Part shown: piece by piece, positions 14,001 to 27,099 of the stretch
How positions within the stretch are numbered: the stretch's first letter is position 1
Layout: each line of letters begins with the position of its first letter
NCBI RefSeq assembly: GCF_008831285.2
Contig: NC_045138.2
Span: forward strand, 18,724,001 to 18,788,000
Source: Nymphaea colorata
Lineage: Eukaryota
Direction of reading: 5' to 3'
Length of the DNA: 64,000 nt
Translations under genes and position numbers: made by a program
The notes under the pieces: model-generated
The model's database searches: none
The model's input: the letters and a program-made list of their open reading frames with translations, nothing else
Told to the model about the DNA's origin: nothing

Positions 14001-14700
14001 CGTGAAAATTTCCTAAAAAAAGGAGAAATTCAACTTCATTTGTTTTTCCTAGCTTGGGTAACAACTTACGTGAGGTGAAAAAATTTCCCCCAAATGTACA
14101 CTTGAGAGAAACATCGGCCGAGATATAAATAAGAAACTAGAAAAAAATTAATTAAAACTGCCTCCCATCATAAAAATGTACACACAAAAAGGAAACATGT
14201 TATCAAGCACTCCAATGGTGAATAGAACTTGTTGAGAAAACGACTGTTTCTTAAGTAGAATCTGCAAGTTCAAGAACATAGATGAACTTGGCGGTAGCAG
14301 AAAAACACACTCAACGTTCAATATTGTCAGGATTTCCATAGTCATTAGGAAGGGACAAAGAATTGTCCATCAAAAGCGTACGCTTTATTAAGAATACTGC
14401 AAAAGCAGTCTTTTTCTTAAGCCTGTGAACAAAAACTAATAAAAAAAAGCAAAATTTCTCCAAAAAATACATTAATTCACGAATCATTTTTCAGGCCAGT
14501 ACTCATCGGGTTTCTCTGACAGAAACCAACATTATAATATATATTTCTCGTCATCCTCTGAAGAAGAAAGGCATCATTCCCGAGACTTTTTCTTATCGAT
14601 AAGCTAAATCTGAGAATAAAAACCGAATGTTTCACACAGAGAACCAGAGAAAAATGATACCACCATAATGAGTGGAAGAAACGGGGGCAGAGGGGGTCGT

Positions 14701-15062
14701 CTAAGCACCAGACCTTTTCATGATAATGCTCCCAAAGTGGAACAAATTGTTTAATAATCTGCACAAAACCAAACCAAAGTTTTCACCTTCTTTTCACGAG
14801 ACATGACAGTCCGAGCGTGCACTCAATCATACCTTTTAAGAGAGAGTGGGGGGGGGCGGAGGGCCCCTCCTCCCGGAATCATTGGCATTCCCTGTCTCCT
14901 TTTCAAGATGCTCTTCTTCTTTGGATGGTACTCTCTCGCACTACCCTCCATTAATATGCTTCGAGCAGCAGTGATAGCATCAAGACAAAGCGAACCAACT
15001 TTTATCGTCGAGCATAAGATCAGGAATAGAATTGACGCTGCGTTTGGAGGTGGGGAGTCCAT
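14701..15062 (-). CDS. Candidate small secreted-peptide-like ORF (79 aa unspliced, 15062-14823; possible second exon 14758-14701)
   Basis: MDSPPPNAASILFLILCSTIKVGSLCLDAITAARSIL...KKKSILKRRQGMPMIPGGGALRPPP: hydrophobic N-terminal stretch, AAR motif, then a basic site and a Gly/Pro tail. Canonical AG|GTATGA donor and TTTTGTGCAG acceptor define a 74-nt intron. No family recognised. Confidence 0.25.
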
Positions 15063-16757
15063 GGAATTCAAATATTTGCTTTTGGTGGAGCTCCAAGGCC
15101 GCTGAGGGATCAAAATTTTACAGCTCTAAGGGTATGTTCGATTACTTGGAATATGAGATGAGGTAGAAATCTGTGGTTGAAGACCCAGGTCCTTAACTTC
15201 TTTATGTTGGTGGTGGATGCTCTTTGGTTTGATGGATCCTTCATTTTCAACTTCAAGTTGAATGATAGGAGGCAGTCAAGATTTTTAGAAATTCAGTAGT
15301 TGGGATTTCTTGTAAATGAAATTCCTACTAGAGTGGTTACTGTAAGGCTGAGATCTCATAACAGATTTGAAATCTTCAGTGACCTCAAATCACCTCTCAA
15401 GTTTCTCAGATCCGAGGGAGATAAACTTAAACGCCCTGGAAGGGAACCCATGCATGTGAAATCTTTTCTTTGGAAACTATTACTTGAAAGTAACACAGAG
15501 TTGGATCAAATTAAAACATGCTTTCGCATGAGCTTTTCTGCAGAGAATCCTTGTATTATCTTTGTAAGACATGGTCGTTAATGCTTACCAGAGGTTTTCT
15601 CTAAAAAGGCATTAATATATTTCCACGTGACTTTCAATTATATATGAGAAGAAAGGGGACCATGCCTCCACTCTGAAGGTGCATGTGGACTTCCATCACT
15701 GTCGATCGACGGAAGCAGTCATCACAAAACCTGCATCTGAGAGCAATTATACATGAAAAAGGAGCACCATACTTCCACTTTGAAGACGCACAGATCTCGT
15801 CACACTACAACTGCTGTTTCTGATCCTACCAGAAGATAGCTATTCATTTTTTAACAAACATTACCAAGATCGGAAACTAGTTCCCTTTGAGATTGTTGGA
15901 CATGAGGAACAATGTGCGAGTGTTTTATATAAATCTGCCTCAAATATTGATATAATTCATAAAACACATGTTCAAGTGCTTCATGAATCTATTTGAGGTA
16001 GATTCATATAACACTCAACGTTCTTCCTGCCAAACAACCCTTCACTGATTAGAGTAGAAAACTTTAATTAAGTAATGGAGGGATCAAATTGTACAGCGAC
16101 TATACAAAGAGATCACGTTCTCCATGACCATTTAAGACGTGAGTTTTTTAATACACAGCATATGAAAGAGAACCAGAGAGCGCTCAAGAGAAGGCATGGA
16201 ATTAAAAAACAAATTGCCTTACTGCTTTAGAATTCCCAATATTATAATATTCTCTTATTAACTGTACATAGGAATTGTTGTACTGAAGATTGAAAACCAA
16301 CCCCCAATGTGTCACATGACTTATCTTTGTTATTTTGCTTATGACGGAATTCTTTGTTTCAGACAATTTGAATACTGGAAAAAAAATGAAAAGTACCTTT
16401 TGAATCAAGTTCAATAGAGTTTTTAATTTGTCAATTTTATTGATCAGTTAGTAAAACTCTTCGTATTCATGAATTACGAGATCTGTACTTTATATATTAT
16501 TATTTTTGCAGGCTGGCTGGGGTTAAGCAGATTCCTAATGAATTATTCAACTTTTGCATTTTGGTTTTATACTAAAATCTCCACATCCTTCTACTTGTCT
16601 TAAAATTGAACCTCTATCTAAGAGGAGATTACCGTTTCTGTGTTTCTTACATATATTGCTAAACCTCAAACAAGTCATATTATTTGCATCCGATTTTTTT
16701 AATTGAGAATCTGATACCAATCTCAAACTAAATTATATATACATATATGCAGTTTAC

Positions 16758-16791
16758 ACACTTGATCTTAGCAAAAAGACTGAGAAAGGTA
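16758..16791 (-). pseudogene. U2: 5' fragment (about 34 nt) of U2 spliceosomal snRNA; truncated pseudogene
   Basis: Minus strand reads TACCTTTCTCAGTCTTTTTGCTAAGATCAAGTGT, versus the recalled plant U2 5' end (A)TACCTTTCTCGGCCTTTTGGCTAAGATCAAGTGTAG: 3 mismatches. Similarity stops at the branch-point recognition sequence. Confidence 0.8.
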
Positions 16792-16838
16792 CACATAATC
16801 TAGTTTATAACGTTCTAATTAAAATTTAACTCACTTAA

Positions 16839-17160
16839 CAGGGGTGGAGCCAGAATTTTTTTTTCCTGGAGACACTAAGCATATAGTTAACAAAATTTCA
16901 ATTAGCCATAGGGCAGTGACCTGGGTCTCGCGGGGCTGTCAATATAACTGGACCCATTAATTTAAACTTTCAATCACTAATTTAATGGGGGCAGTGACAT
17001 GGGTTTAGTGAGGTTGTCAATACAAGCGGACCCATTAATTTAAGCTGTCAACCACTAATTTAAGCTTTTACTTAAGGGGCTCCATGGGGCATACATACGC
17101 TTATGTAAAAGCTTAAATTAGTGGTTGGCCCCATGAAGCCCCCACTTATCTACGCTCTTG
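16839..17160. mobile_element. hAT-type MITE, 322 bp
   Basis: Perfect 8-bp TSD TCACTTAA at 16831-16838 and 17161-17168. Imperfect TIRs CAGGGGTGGAG / CTACGCTCTTG. Contains an internal direct repeat (GGGCAGTGAC...GGACCCATTAATTT x2) and an internal inverted repeat. Confidence 0.8.
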
Positions 17161-18979
17161 TCACTTAATCTTCTTAGATTGTATGAATGTACTCAGGGTG
17201 GTCGAAATCATAGCTATTTATCAACTTTTTCTTTGTGCGCCTCTTAGCTAGCCATTGATTTTAGCGTAAAAAGTTTGATGCAAGCCAGACCTTTGTAATT
17301 GGAAAGCTAAATGCACACTAAAAAGACTTAAGGGTCACTGAGTAACACTTTCATATAATCCAGTTTTGTGAAAACTTGGTTTTATGAAAACCAAGTTTTT
17401 TAACGAGTTTTTAAAATTTGGTTTGTTTGATTGACACACTTAAAACTTAAAACCTGCTTTTTTTACAAATAACTTGAAAAAGATCAGGGGGAAGAGGTCG
17501 TGTTGTTAATTTCCCTTTACAAAATTAGGTTTTGAGAGGAACCTGGTCATGATGGACCCCTCATAGATCACATCCATCTAAAATGTCAGTTTGATAAGTA
17601 AAAATAGACATAAAAAAATAAAAGTGAATTGTATGAGGAGAGTGTATACACATACATATATGAATAATAATAACAACAACAATAATAATAATAATAAGGA
17701 ATCTAGGAAAAAAGTATTAACAAGTTCACAATGACTTGAAGCATTGTGAATTATTGACAGATCCACAAACTGACTACACAGACTCTATAAAGTTTCACTA
17801 GTCATGACGTGACATATGGATGATAAACAGGGGCGGACGGTGACGATCGAGCTTATGTAGATTTGACAATCAGTCGTTTTGGTTAGCAAAATTTCTCATC
17901 TTTATAGAGTTGAAGTTGGTTTATGTCATGTAGTAATCAATGAACCCATAGGATCATTGTTAGATTATTTTACAGACCCCGAAGGAGCTATAGACAATTA
18001 AGATGTAAGGTAGTTGAGAATCAAATATTTTATGTAGATGTTAAAGGGATGTGAATATATATATATATAGACAGTTCCGGAGCTGAGACATAGCACCAGT
18101 AGTAAGTAAGCTCCTCTATATTCAATTCTAAGCAAGGGAGGGCGACGTAAGACTCAATAATGAGCAGCCAACATGCTCGCTCTCAAACTTCAAAGGAATT
18201 AAGTTGCACCATTTTTGAGGTCAGATTGTTCATCGAATGTATAAGACGGCCCGATCATCAAGACTTCCTGCTTGTCTTAACTAGTTGTAATATATACCAT
18301 GGCATTCAATGGCACGACTTCAAATGCATGATATGTATCTCAAAAATCAATGAAAACAAAATTTTATGTTGTTCAGATTAAAATATGGGTCATGCATAAT
18401 GCACCACTTATTCCGAGCTACTCCCTCTTTAAAAAAACAAACTCCAAACCTTTTTTTTTTTAAAAAAAAAACTTGAGTTTAGAGCTGCATTGGTATATAG
18501 TGAAAAGACCTTATACTTTAAGGTCCATGCCATGCTCCACCCCAACAGAACATACATGAAAATCAAATTGGTCACGCAGTCCTTTCTGTGTCACTAGCTC
18601 GACCAGCCATACTATGCACCTAGGAGCACATGCACCACTTATCAAAATTAAAGCAGTCGGAGGAACTTCCACTTCAATCGCATCACGTTAATGTGGACAC
18701 CTGCACTCGGACAATCAATGAATAAGTTAATAGGGTGTGATATGTCACGTCCATCCTTGTCAATGAGTATAATGTAAATGATCGACTCCTATCATGCGTT
18801 TGAAATGAGTCCTCGTTGCATTTTCCCCTCGTTCAGCAACTTGGCAGCATTAGACTCTATTGCCATGCCCAAGAAGATGATCATCTTTTGGGACAGTTGA
18901 GCACACAGACCTTGTTCTTGGAGCAGCGTGTTTATGTTCTGGGGATGGTCTTTCTACAGATCATGTTAATGGGCCTTAA

Positions 18980-19373
18980 CCATATTTGTATTTTCAAGTA
19001 TTCATGTATTCGGATTCAAACATGAACCCAAAGAAAAGTCATACCCAAATTAAACTCTAAAATCCAATTTTGTGATCTGAATCTGATTTTTATGTTCATA
19101 CCAAAATTCAGATTAGACTGAATTTAGCCAATTTTCAAAATGTAAGAGCAATAGATATATAATATTTGTTTGAAAAGGCCCAGCGCATTCCAGGATGAAC
19201 CAATTTGAATCTGATTCAATGTTTATGTATCCAAATCCGAATCCGAATCCGATCGGTTGTCATTTCTTAAATCCAAATTCAATCTGATTTTTTAATCGAA
19301 TATTAATTTTTTTGGTATCTGATTTTTCTTAATAGTTAAGTCGAAAATCCAAATCAGATATATTGACATCCCT
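18980..19373 (+). mobile_element. MITE-like element with ATCCGA repeats ending TTGACATCCCT
   Basis: ATCCGAATCCGAATCCGA tract. The terminus TTGACATCC is the reverse complement of GGATGTCAA at 30731. Shares CATACCCAAAT..AAAATCC.ATTT with about 30817-30840. Confidence 0.55.
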
Positions 19374-20043
19374 AAATGCAAATGAAAGAACCTAATTGAT
19401 TTGGAGAATTGCCTTTCGAACCTTCCATATCATATCAAAATTCAACTCACTCTTTGTTTAGTCACCCTAAACAATAGTAATTGCCAAAACCTATAGCTTA
19501 GAACATTTGCGCTATTCCAAGTAAAATAAAAAACTGAACCCGCCAGGTTCATAATTCATTGAATCGGCCGCTTCAACAATTCTGCTGAAAACTCATAAAT
19601 AAGCCAAAAAGAAAAACTTATTATATATATTTTTGAAAACAATTTGTAAATAACAAAAATGTGTAGTGTACAGCTAGTAGCATCCTCATAGTGAATTGGA
19701 TTGATTTTCCACTCATTTGATTTGCGCCAACCCACTCAAGTAGAGCGACGGACGAAATTAATTTGCATTGCTAAACAACGTTGTGTCTATGAGGGTCTCA
19801 AAGCATATCATTTTGAGGTCAAGAGGTATTGGATGTGAAAGAGCGACATATACACACACATATATATATATATATATATACTCGGCAGCACCTGAAGCTC
19901 CTTCTTCTTTCCATTTTGTGGAGAGTTCAGGACAGTTTTGAGACTTGGGGTGAAAAGAAAAATGCTTGGGTGAAAAGAAAAATGCTTGCCAACTAAGTAT
20001 CTCACATTTACCATTGTAAGAATGAATATTTTGTCTTTAGAAC

Positions 20044-20236
20044 CAGGGGCAGAGCTAGGATTTTTTTAGAGGTGGGCCAAACGGTCCACGGGTCGAGTCA
20101 AGAGGTCAAGGCCAAGAGGAACGACGGGTCGGGCCAAACTAAAAAAATTTGATTTTTTTAATATAATTTTTTTTTTCATCTGCTCACCCGAGCCATGGCC
20201 CAGGGGAGCCCCCCCCCCCCCCCCCCCTCTGCCCTG
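20044..20236. mobile_element. hAT-type MITE, 193 bp
   Basis: TIRs CAGGGGCAGAG / CTCTGCCCTG. 8-bp TSD TTTAGAAC (20036-20043) versus TTTGGAAC (20237-20244), one mismatch. Internal poly-C tract. Confidence 0.8.
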
Positions 20237-22579
20237 TTTGGAACGCATGTGCTGGTAATATATATTTTAGAATCCGTACGTTTTTGCTCTAAAGAACGTG
20301 ACATTATCATGTCTTACGTTTGATCGACTGGGACCAGATGTTTCCAATACGTTGAATACGTAGTTGGTGGTTTTGCACTATGTGTTCTGAATGCATATAT
20401 GTGTTCTGAATGCATATGTTCCAAAATATATTCAACATGGAGATAATAATACAACATCGTTAAGTTCATAGCAGGGATGGCTACATATGCCGTTTTTAGT
20501 TCAGTCGGGAAGGGTTTAGAAATTAGACTTCTCATGAAATCGCTAGAATTGGAGTACTAGTTTCAGAGTTGTGCATTAAACAATTGTAGATTTTAATGCA
20601 TATTGAAACCTGAACAGCGACTAATTGATCACACAGGAAGAAAAAGAACACGCGCGGTTCCAACGATTTGATCAATATTTAACTTCGAGATGAAGAAAAA
20701 TCACGCTTTAACGAGGCGATCGCGCTCTCGTCAGCACATCCCATGCACCATTCCGTGTTCGGAGCAGTATTAAAAGCCCGGCCGTCCTAAAAGGGCGGAC
20801 ATCCCGTTATTTTCCCTTTGTCGCGATGCCTGCCAGAAAATGACGCATCCACTGCGATCGGGGCTCTGCCACGAGTCAGTTCCGGCTGCCTGGAGATCGG
20901 CCGGGCAACCGTACCCCGGTCGGCATTGCGTGCTTCAGCGTGCCCTCGCCTCGGGAACCTGCCGGAGATGACGTCACCCCTCCGCCATGTCCCCCGGCAC
21001 GCCCCGATTCCAGCACCGCGGAGAAAAAGAAAAAAAGAAAAAGAAAATTCCTGCACCCCGTACCGTGAGGACTAAGATATCAGATATATAATTTTATTAT
21101 TTGCAAACAAAATATTCCTTAATTAAATGCTCTGCCGCTTTAATTTTTCCGTCCTTCCCTGAAAAGCTCCTCATTCCGCGGGTCATTTCCTGCTTCCCAC
21201 CCTCGTCCCCTCATAATATCGGCGTGACGGAGGGGCCTTCCATTGGCAGCAGCGGATGAGGCGCGGTACCGTACAAGAGGCCCTCTCTCTCTGTAGAAAG
21301 CATGACGTCGACGTCGTCGGAAGGTGGCCGGACGGAAGGAGATACCTACCCTCCTTCCCTGACGCCGCGGCGCACGCTTGACAATAACGGAACGGCGTCT
21401 GGGGAGGCGTCGAAGGCGCTGCTTCTGGACCTCTGGTGTCGTTGACGGTTACCCTTGTCCGTTCCTCCGCACATGACCGACTCCACCGGACGCCGGACAA
21501 ACCAGAGCTGCCACCGGAATTCCAACCCTTCATAAGTCATAATTGCAGGAGTCACGTGAGCTCCGCGCATCGCGTCGGAGTCCCGATCCAGATGTCGAAA
21601 CGAGCATGGATCCAGATCGGTCGCAATGGATTCCTGCGGCAGAATGATCCAAATGAAAGGGAAGGTGGCAGCTGTACCGTATCGTTCCGAAGTTCGGGAC
21701 GGGTCAGTGCTAGAAGCTAGGCAGCCTAAAAGAAGGCGATTTTCGTGAGAGACCCAAACTTTCACGCATAACGATGATTGCTACCTCTTTCTTTTTTAAA
21801 AACAATTTCGAGGGACCACTCGTGAGCTCTTCATCTTAATCATGGGGTGGTTTTGAGTGGAGCATGACATAATGTGAGTGTGGTCTTGGCGTTATCATTA
21901 TGCTGCTCTCCTCCCCATGCACACAGCCATTTTGTATATGAAATAAATGGAAAACCGCTAGCGGCTAGTGATTGGCTTTCGAGAATGTGTACCGTTTTTG
22001 CTTTTGTTTCACTAGAACTTTGTGCCTGAATGTTGGGGAACGAAAACATGGAGATGGGGGAATTAGATTCCCATAAGTGGCAAACGTTTAAAGTAGCCAT
22101 TATTATAAAAGGTTTGTCAGATTTCTGTGAGGAACGCCATCTTACAACTTCAAAATCGTTTTGTTTCTTACAAAAAAAAAAAAATCATGAATTCTCTTTA
22201 AAAAATCATTATGAAGTGTTTGCGTGCAATTGTATTTGAGTTTTGTCTCTTTTTCTTTGGAAGTAAGGTTATGCCATTTTTATTGGAAGACTCGCTTAAA
22301 AAACGAATTTTAACTGTTGAAGTACAAAAGGTGGAGGAGGGATTTCGTCAGTGACGACAAGGAGAACATGGATGCTAATTTTTAAGACATCACTTTTCTT
22401 GAGAGTAATGTCCGTGAAATGCATGGGAGTTTTGTTTATAAACTGTAATTTTCATCCTTTCTTTTCTTGCATAAACATGAAATTGGTTCTTAAATGTATG
22501 ACTTTATGGCAAATTTTATGCAATTGGATATGAAATTCATTGTGGATTTGGGTTTATGTCAGAATAGAATTGATATCAT

Positions 22580-22915
22580 TGACCTCAAGCTTGACTTGAT
22601 TAAGGTTTCACAAACTCGTTTGAATATAATTGATATTTATTGTGACGTGTTGAGCTCGAGGTCGACTAGATTAATACTCGAACTCCACTTAAAAATTACG
22701 TGTTGAAACTCGATTAAGGCTCGACAAACTTGTAACCTCGTATGAATATATCAACTTGATTTAGGGTCGTTAAAATCGATTAAGGCTTGAACTCGACTTA
22801 ACAATTACGTGTTGAACTCGAACTCAACTCAATTATTTGAATGAGTAGAGGCATGAATTAGAGCTAGAGTCGTTAAGTAAATGACTCAGCTCGAACTCGT
22901 CCACGAGCCAAGCTT
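22580..22915. mobile_element. Degenerate MITE-like relic built from CTCGA/AACTCG/GAGCTCG motifs
   Basis: Dense recurrence of AACTCGA, GCTCGA and TTAAGGCTCGA, plus an internal repeat ACTTAA.AATTACGTGTTGAA. Boundaries are approximate. Confidence 0.5.
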
Positions 22916-25900
22916 TAACTAGATAGAAGACCCGGAGGGTGACTCTCATGTGAATCTTAGAAATCAAAAAGTATTTTTTGGGTGGGACTAACTTTTTTTT
23001 TTTTTGCTTCCAATACAATAGAAGGCGTCAGAGTCCAAAAACAATATCCAAAATTTCTCTCTCTATCTGAGGCTTTTGAATTAATCGGTAGCGTGTGGGG
23101 GCGGGACGATTTTATTGGATGTCGCGTTGACTGTTCGGGACTTTAAGTCAAACGCTTGCGGAAGAAGGCAAAGCGAGAGACGAAGATATCAAGAAGCAGG
23201 CATGCCAATTCCTCGGCGAGTTCTTTTGTTTTTTTCCCCTATGATGATCGCCTGAATGCAGGTCACTCTTCTCTTTCAATTTGCATCCAAAGTTCTGTTA
23301 TCAGGTCCGAGAATCGAACTTGATATTGCGATGAACTCTTTCAAACATTCTAATGTCTAAAACGGCATGAAGATGATGCTGACTGCGGTGGCTTTCATGG
23401 TGACTATGGCCATGATAGCACCTGAGAAAAATTACATAAACGATTCAACGTATTCTCGACACCTGCATTCATTTGATGTCACGCATAAACTCGCCTAACT
23501 TTTCAATTCTATGATCATTTCCTGCTTCTGTGAATAATATTTGACAAAGAAAAATAAAACTACTGATCATAGAGTATTCCAAAGAGAGGGAAGCTGGGTC
23601 AAAGAGCTTGGTGACAAAACCTGTGTGGGCAGCCCTACCTCTCCTGACCTTGATAGTTATGATGTGAACTAATGATGCAACATTTTCCCATTGTCCATCT
23701 ACCATGGACTGGACCAGACCCAAGAGAAGTACACAACAAAGCCTACATGCAACAGTTGCTAGAACAGCGATTGCTCCAAAGTCATGGATCATTCTGCCAT
23801 GCCATAAGTGCATTGGCATGTGAGCCCAACCCTACCACCTATAGATTCTCTAAACAAAACAGCTAGGTTTAGTCTGACCACTATAAAAATTGAAAACTTG
23901 ATCTTCTTCAACTTCAAAGTTTTAAGTACAAGCCTACTGACTAGAGTTAGACAGAGACAAGTTAATGGCCTGAAAAGGGCAGTGGCTGCAAGTTGAAGTT
24001 CTTCATTAGCAGCCAAAGAAGAAGAGATTTTTTCTTAAGTGTTCCCAACGACCGATTTGCACCAGGTATGTGATGCACATATATATAAAACCAGGAAGAA
24101 CTCTCAAATTCATTTAGTTAATATGTAATCTGAAACAGCTTAAGCTTAGTTCATGGCATGAGGCTAACTTAAAGGGAGCCTTTGTGAGCAAGGCTTTGAA
24201 TATTGCATTAAGCCCAATAGAACGATGGCAACACTTAAATTCCGTAAGTATTTGACAGAAATTTCACCAACCACAAGATGCTCAAGTAATTGCAGTCTAA
24301 ATGGCTTGCTATAATTTTCTGACACAGCCTTTCATGTCAATATGCAAGTGGTCATGAACACCATGACTTGTGAATGACAATCACAATCTGACAGGCCATC
24401 CTTGATGTGGCTTATCAGGGAGTGGGAGTATAATGTAAATGGGGACTTCTTGATCGGTCCGTTCATGGCTTGTGATATTGATTAATCGTCTATCATGACC
24501 ATGACCAATGTCGAGGTCTGAATTCTGCAATGGAGAAAACTACCAACCAGATGACTTCTGGCTTGAATGACTTTAATTCAGAAAATCATCTCAGGAAAAT
24601 TTTGGTCTGCGTCACGTTCGCCTCAACAAGGACATGCATCTTCTGTCGGTTCTGAAGTTCGCATGTTATTACTCGAGTCATGTCTTGTGCTTTCTGTAAC
24701 ATCAACTGACTTCGTTTTTCTTAAATCAATTTGTGAGGGACCTTGGTCTCTTTGGTTCAGTTGAAAGTATTTTCAATGACTATATAAGCTTTGAAGTACA
24801 TGCATCTTCTGTACAGATTTGCTGTTGTAGTAAAAGGCTAGGAGGCCTCTCCCTCGCCGGGTTGTTGTTGCAGACTATATGTGCTTGAAGTTATCAAGCA
24901 ACATGCACATTTTATGCTTAGTTTTTCTTTTCCAATGCAAATCTGCTAGGGTGTAGGGTCCCTACCCTTTTCTTGGGTAAGCGGAGAGTTAATAATCTAT
25001 CGTTCACAAAGAGGATCAAAGGCCTTGGCTCCTAAGGTTATGGGCTGCATCAGGATCTGAATAGGGTATGATATACCCATCAATTAAAACTTACAATGCA
25101 CCTTTTACATGGTTGTCTGCCTGACCGGCTATGCTATTACCAAAAGCATGAAATTTCGCTTTTCTTTTGATGGAGTGTGGGCAATTGAGCCTTAAAGGAC
25201 AATACCATAAAAAAAAACTCAAGCCACCAAGACATAGTTGAGACTTGATACTTGATTCTAGCGATCCTCTTTTATTATAATTATTTTCTTACCATGTGCA
25301 TCTTTGCCTCGAGAAAGTTGGATTGGAACAGTTTGACATCATCTATAATGTAATCGGGTGCACAGAAGAAGCATCCTACTGCATGAGTGGAGGTTCGGTG
25401 CAACATTGGTGTTTGGTGTGAGTTCCCAATATACCTCAGTTAGTACATTGGTCCTGCCCATTGGTACGGAAGGGGTTGGTGCCCATGCCCATCAAACTAG
25501 TGATCAGTTGCTTACCAGCCACTTCCCACAGCTGGTGTTGCAAACCCCCACGAGATCTAATAATATAATTCGACAATATCCAATAATAGAAATGAAAACA
25601 TCAAATAGCCACAGGGCAGGCCTTCATGTGGCAGGCTCGGTGGATCCACACACAAACCTAAGTGAGTTTCCGCGGGTGCCTGGCCCGAACCCAGTCCGTG
25701 AGAAAAACCACAATCGAACATGACCCGACTAAATTCGGTACAAGAACAAGTTAAATACTCAGTATACGGCATGACATCTGTAGGAAGAATACAACTGAGA
25801 ATGGGATATAGATCAATCTAGTTTTCAAGATTCCGAAGTCTAATGAAGATGCGCGCCAACTGTATTTCAGCAAATGCTTGGCAGCAGTCGTTCTAAGAGG

Positions 25901-27099
25901 AAAGGATGCAACGAAGACGTTCAGTGAGGGGCCTTTTGGCAAGTGTAGCAATGCTACTGTCCCATAAATCTGCTCCAAGAAATAGAGTAGATTCACGAAA
26001 TATTCACTATGGTATCATATGAATTTACCACATTTTTTGGAACATTGTTCATGGGATAATAGCAGAAACCTATTGTTGCCAAACAACTACTGAGTTTAAG
26101 GGTGCAAAATCTTCTTCTGTTATACTATGGACATAAAATCTTCGAAGGAATTTCATCTCAAGGTTTCTCCTTGGTCCAGTCCCTCCCTTTAGATTACACA
26201 CAAGCCTTGCTAAGAAATCTATCTAAAGGAGAGATCATGCCTCTCAGTCGTGCTGAACAGGATGAACAGGCCCCTCCTTGATATGTTTTTTCGGAATAGA
26301 ACAATTTACGTGAGCGTCAGAAATGGCAAACATTTAAGCGAGTGTCGGTTTATGGTAAAAATCTAAGGTGTAGACACTTGGGCATCCCTTTTACACAGAT
26401 CGCTTACGTTTGGGACGAAAATAAGATCACTAGTTAAAAGGCATGCTTACTGTGATGTTTTGTAAAGTGTAATTTTGTCGATCGATCAACGATATCAGTG
26501 ACATGTTGGTTTGCCAACCAATACATATCGTTACATATTGCCCAGTATCACTTCATTTTTCAATTTTATTGATAAAGTAATAAATTAAAATGTTTTAGAT
26601 TAATGTAAAAAATAAAATTTTAGAAAACAGAAAGCCCATCTCGGTGGGCGATGAAACAGAGTGACATTGATGGTATGGGGGATTTAGTGAAGCTAAAGTC
26701 CCAGCTGAAAGGAGAAAAAATGAAGAAAATACAACTCAGAAAGGGCTGTACACCAGAGTAACTGTCCAAACAGATCATTTCTGCCATACTCACAATCAGG
26801 ATATAATCGTCCAGGATTAAACTTTGCACTTTATATATCTTTTTAACCAGAATGTACAAGGCTAATTCAAAGAAAAAAATAATGAATATCTGTAAACAAT
26901 AGTTATAACATCAAAAGTAGCATGAACGAATCAACCTATCCTGAGAGGGTCAAGGATGCCCTGACAAAGTGAAGATAGTTATTTACAGACGAAACAGCCT
27001 AAGCAGATGCAAGACTCAGCGGCTATCCATGTATTGTTCTGGAATAGCACATGAAAACACCTGATGATATCTAATGCTGTACACGATTTTTTGACAATT

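Noticed and set aside
23469..23819. 116-aa minus ORF with DGQWENVA resembling a PPR E-motif
   Set aside because: A single weak motif with no PPR repeats nearby.
24600..24880. Repeated 15-mer ACAGAAGATGCATGT (TEDAC) on the minus strand suggesting a decayed gene
   Set aside because: Frames are short and stop-ridden, and no family was recognised.
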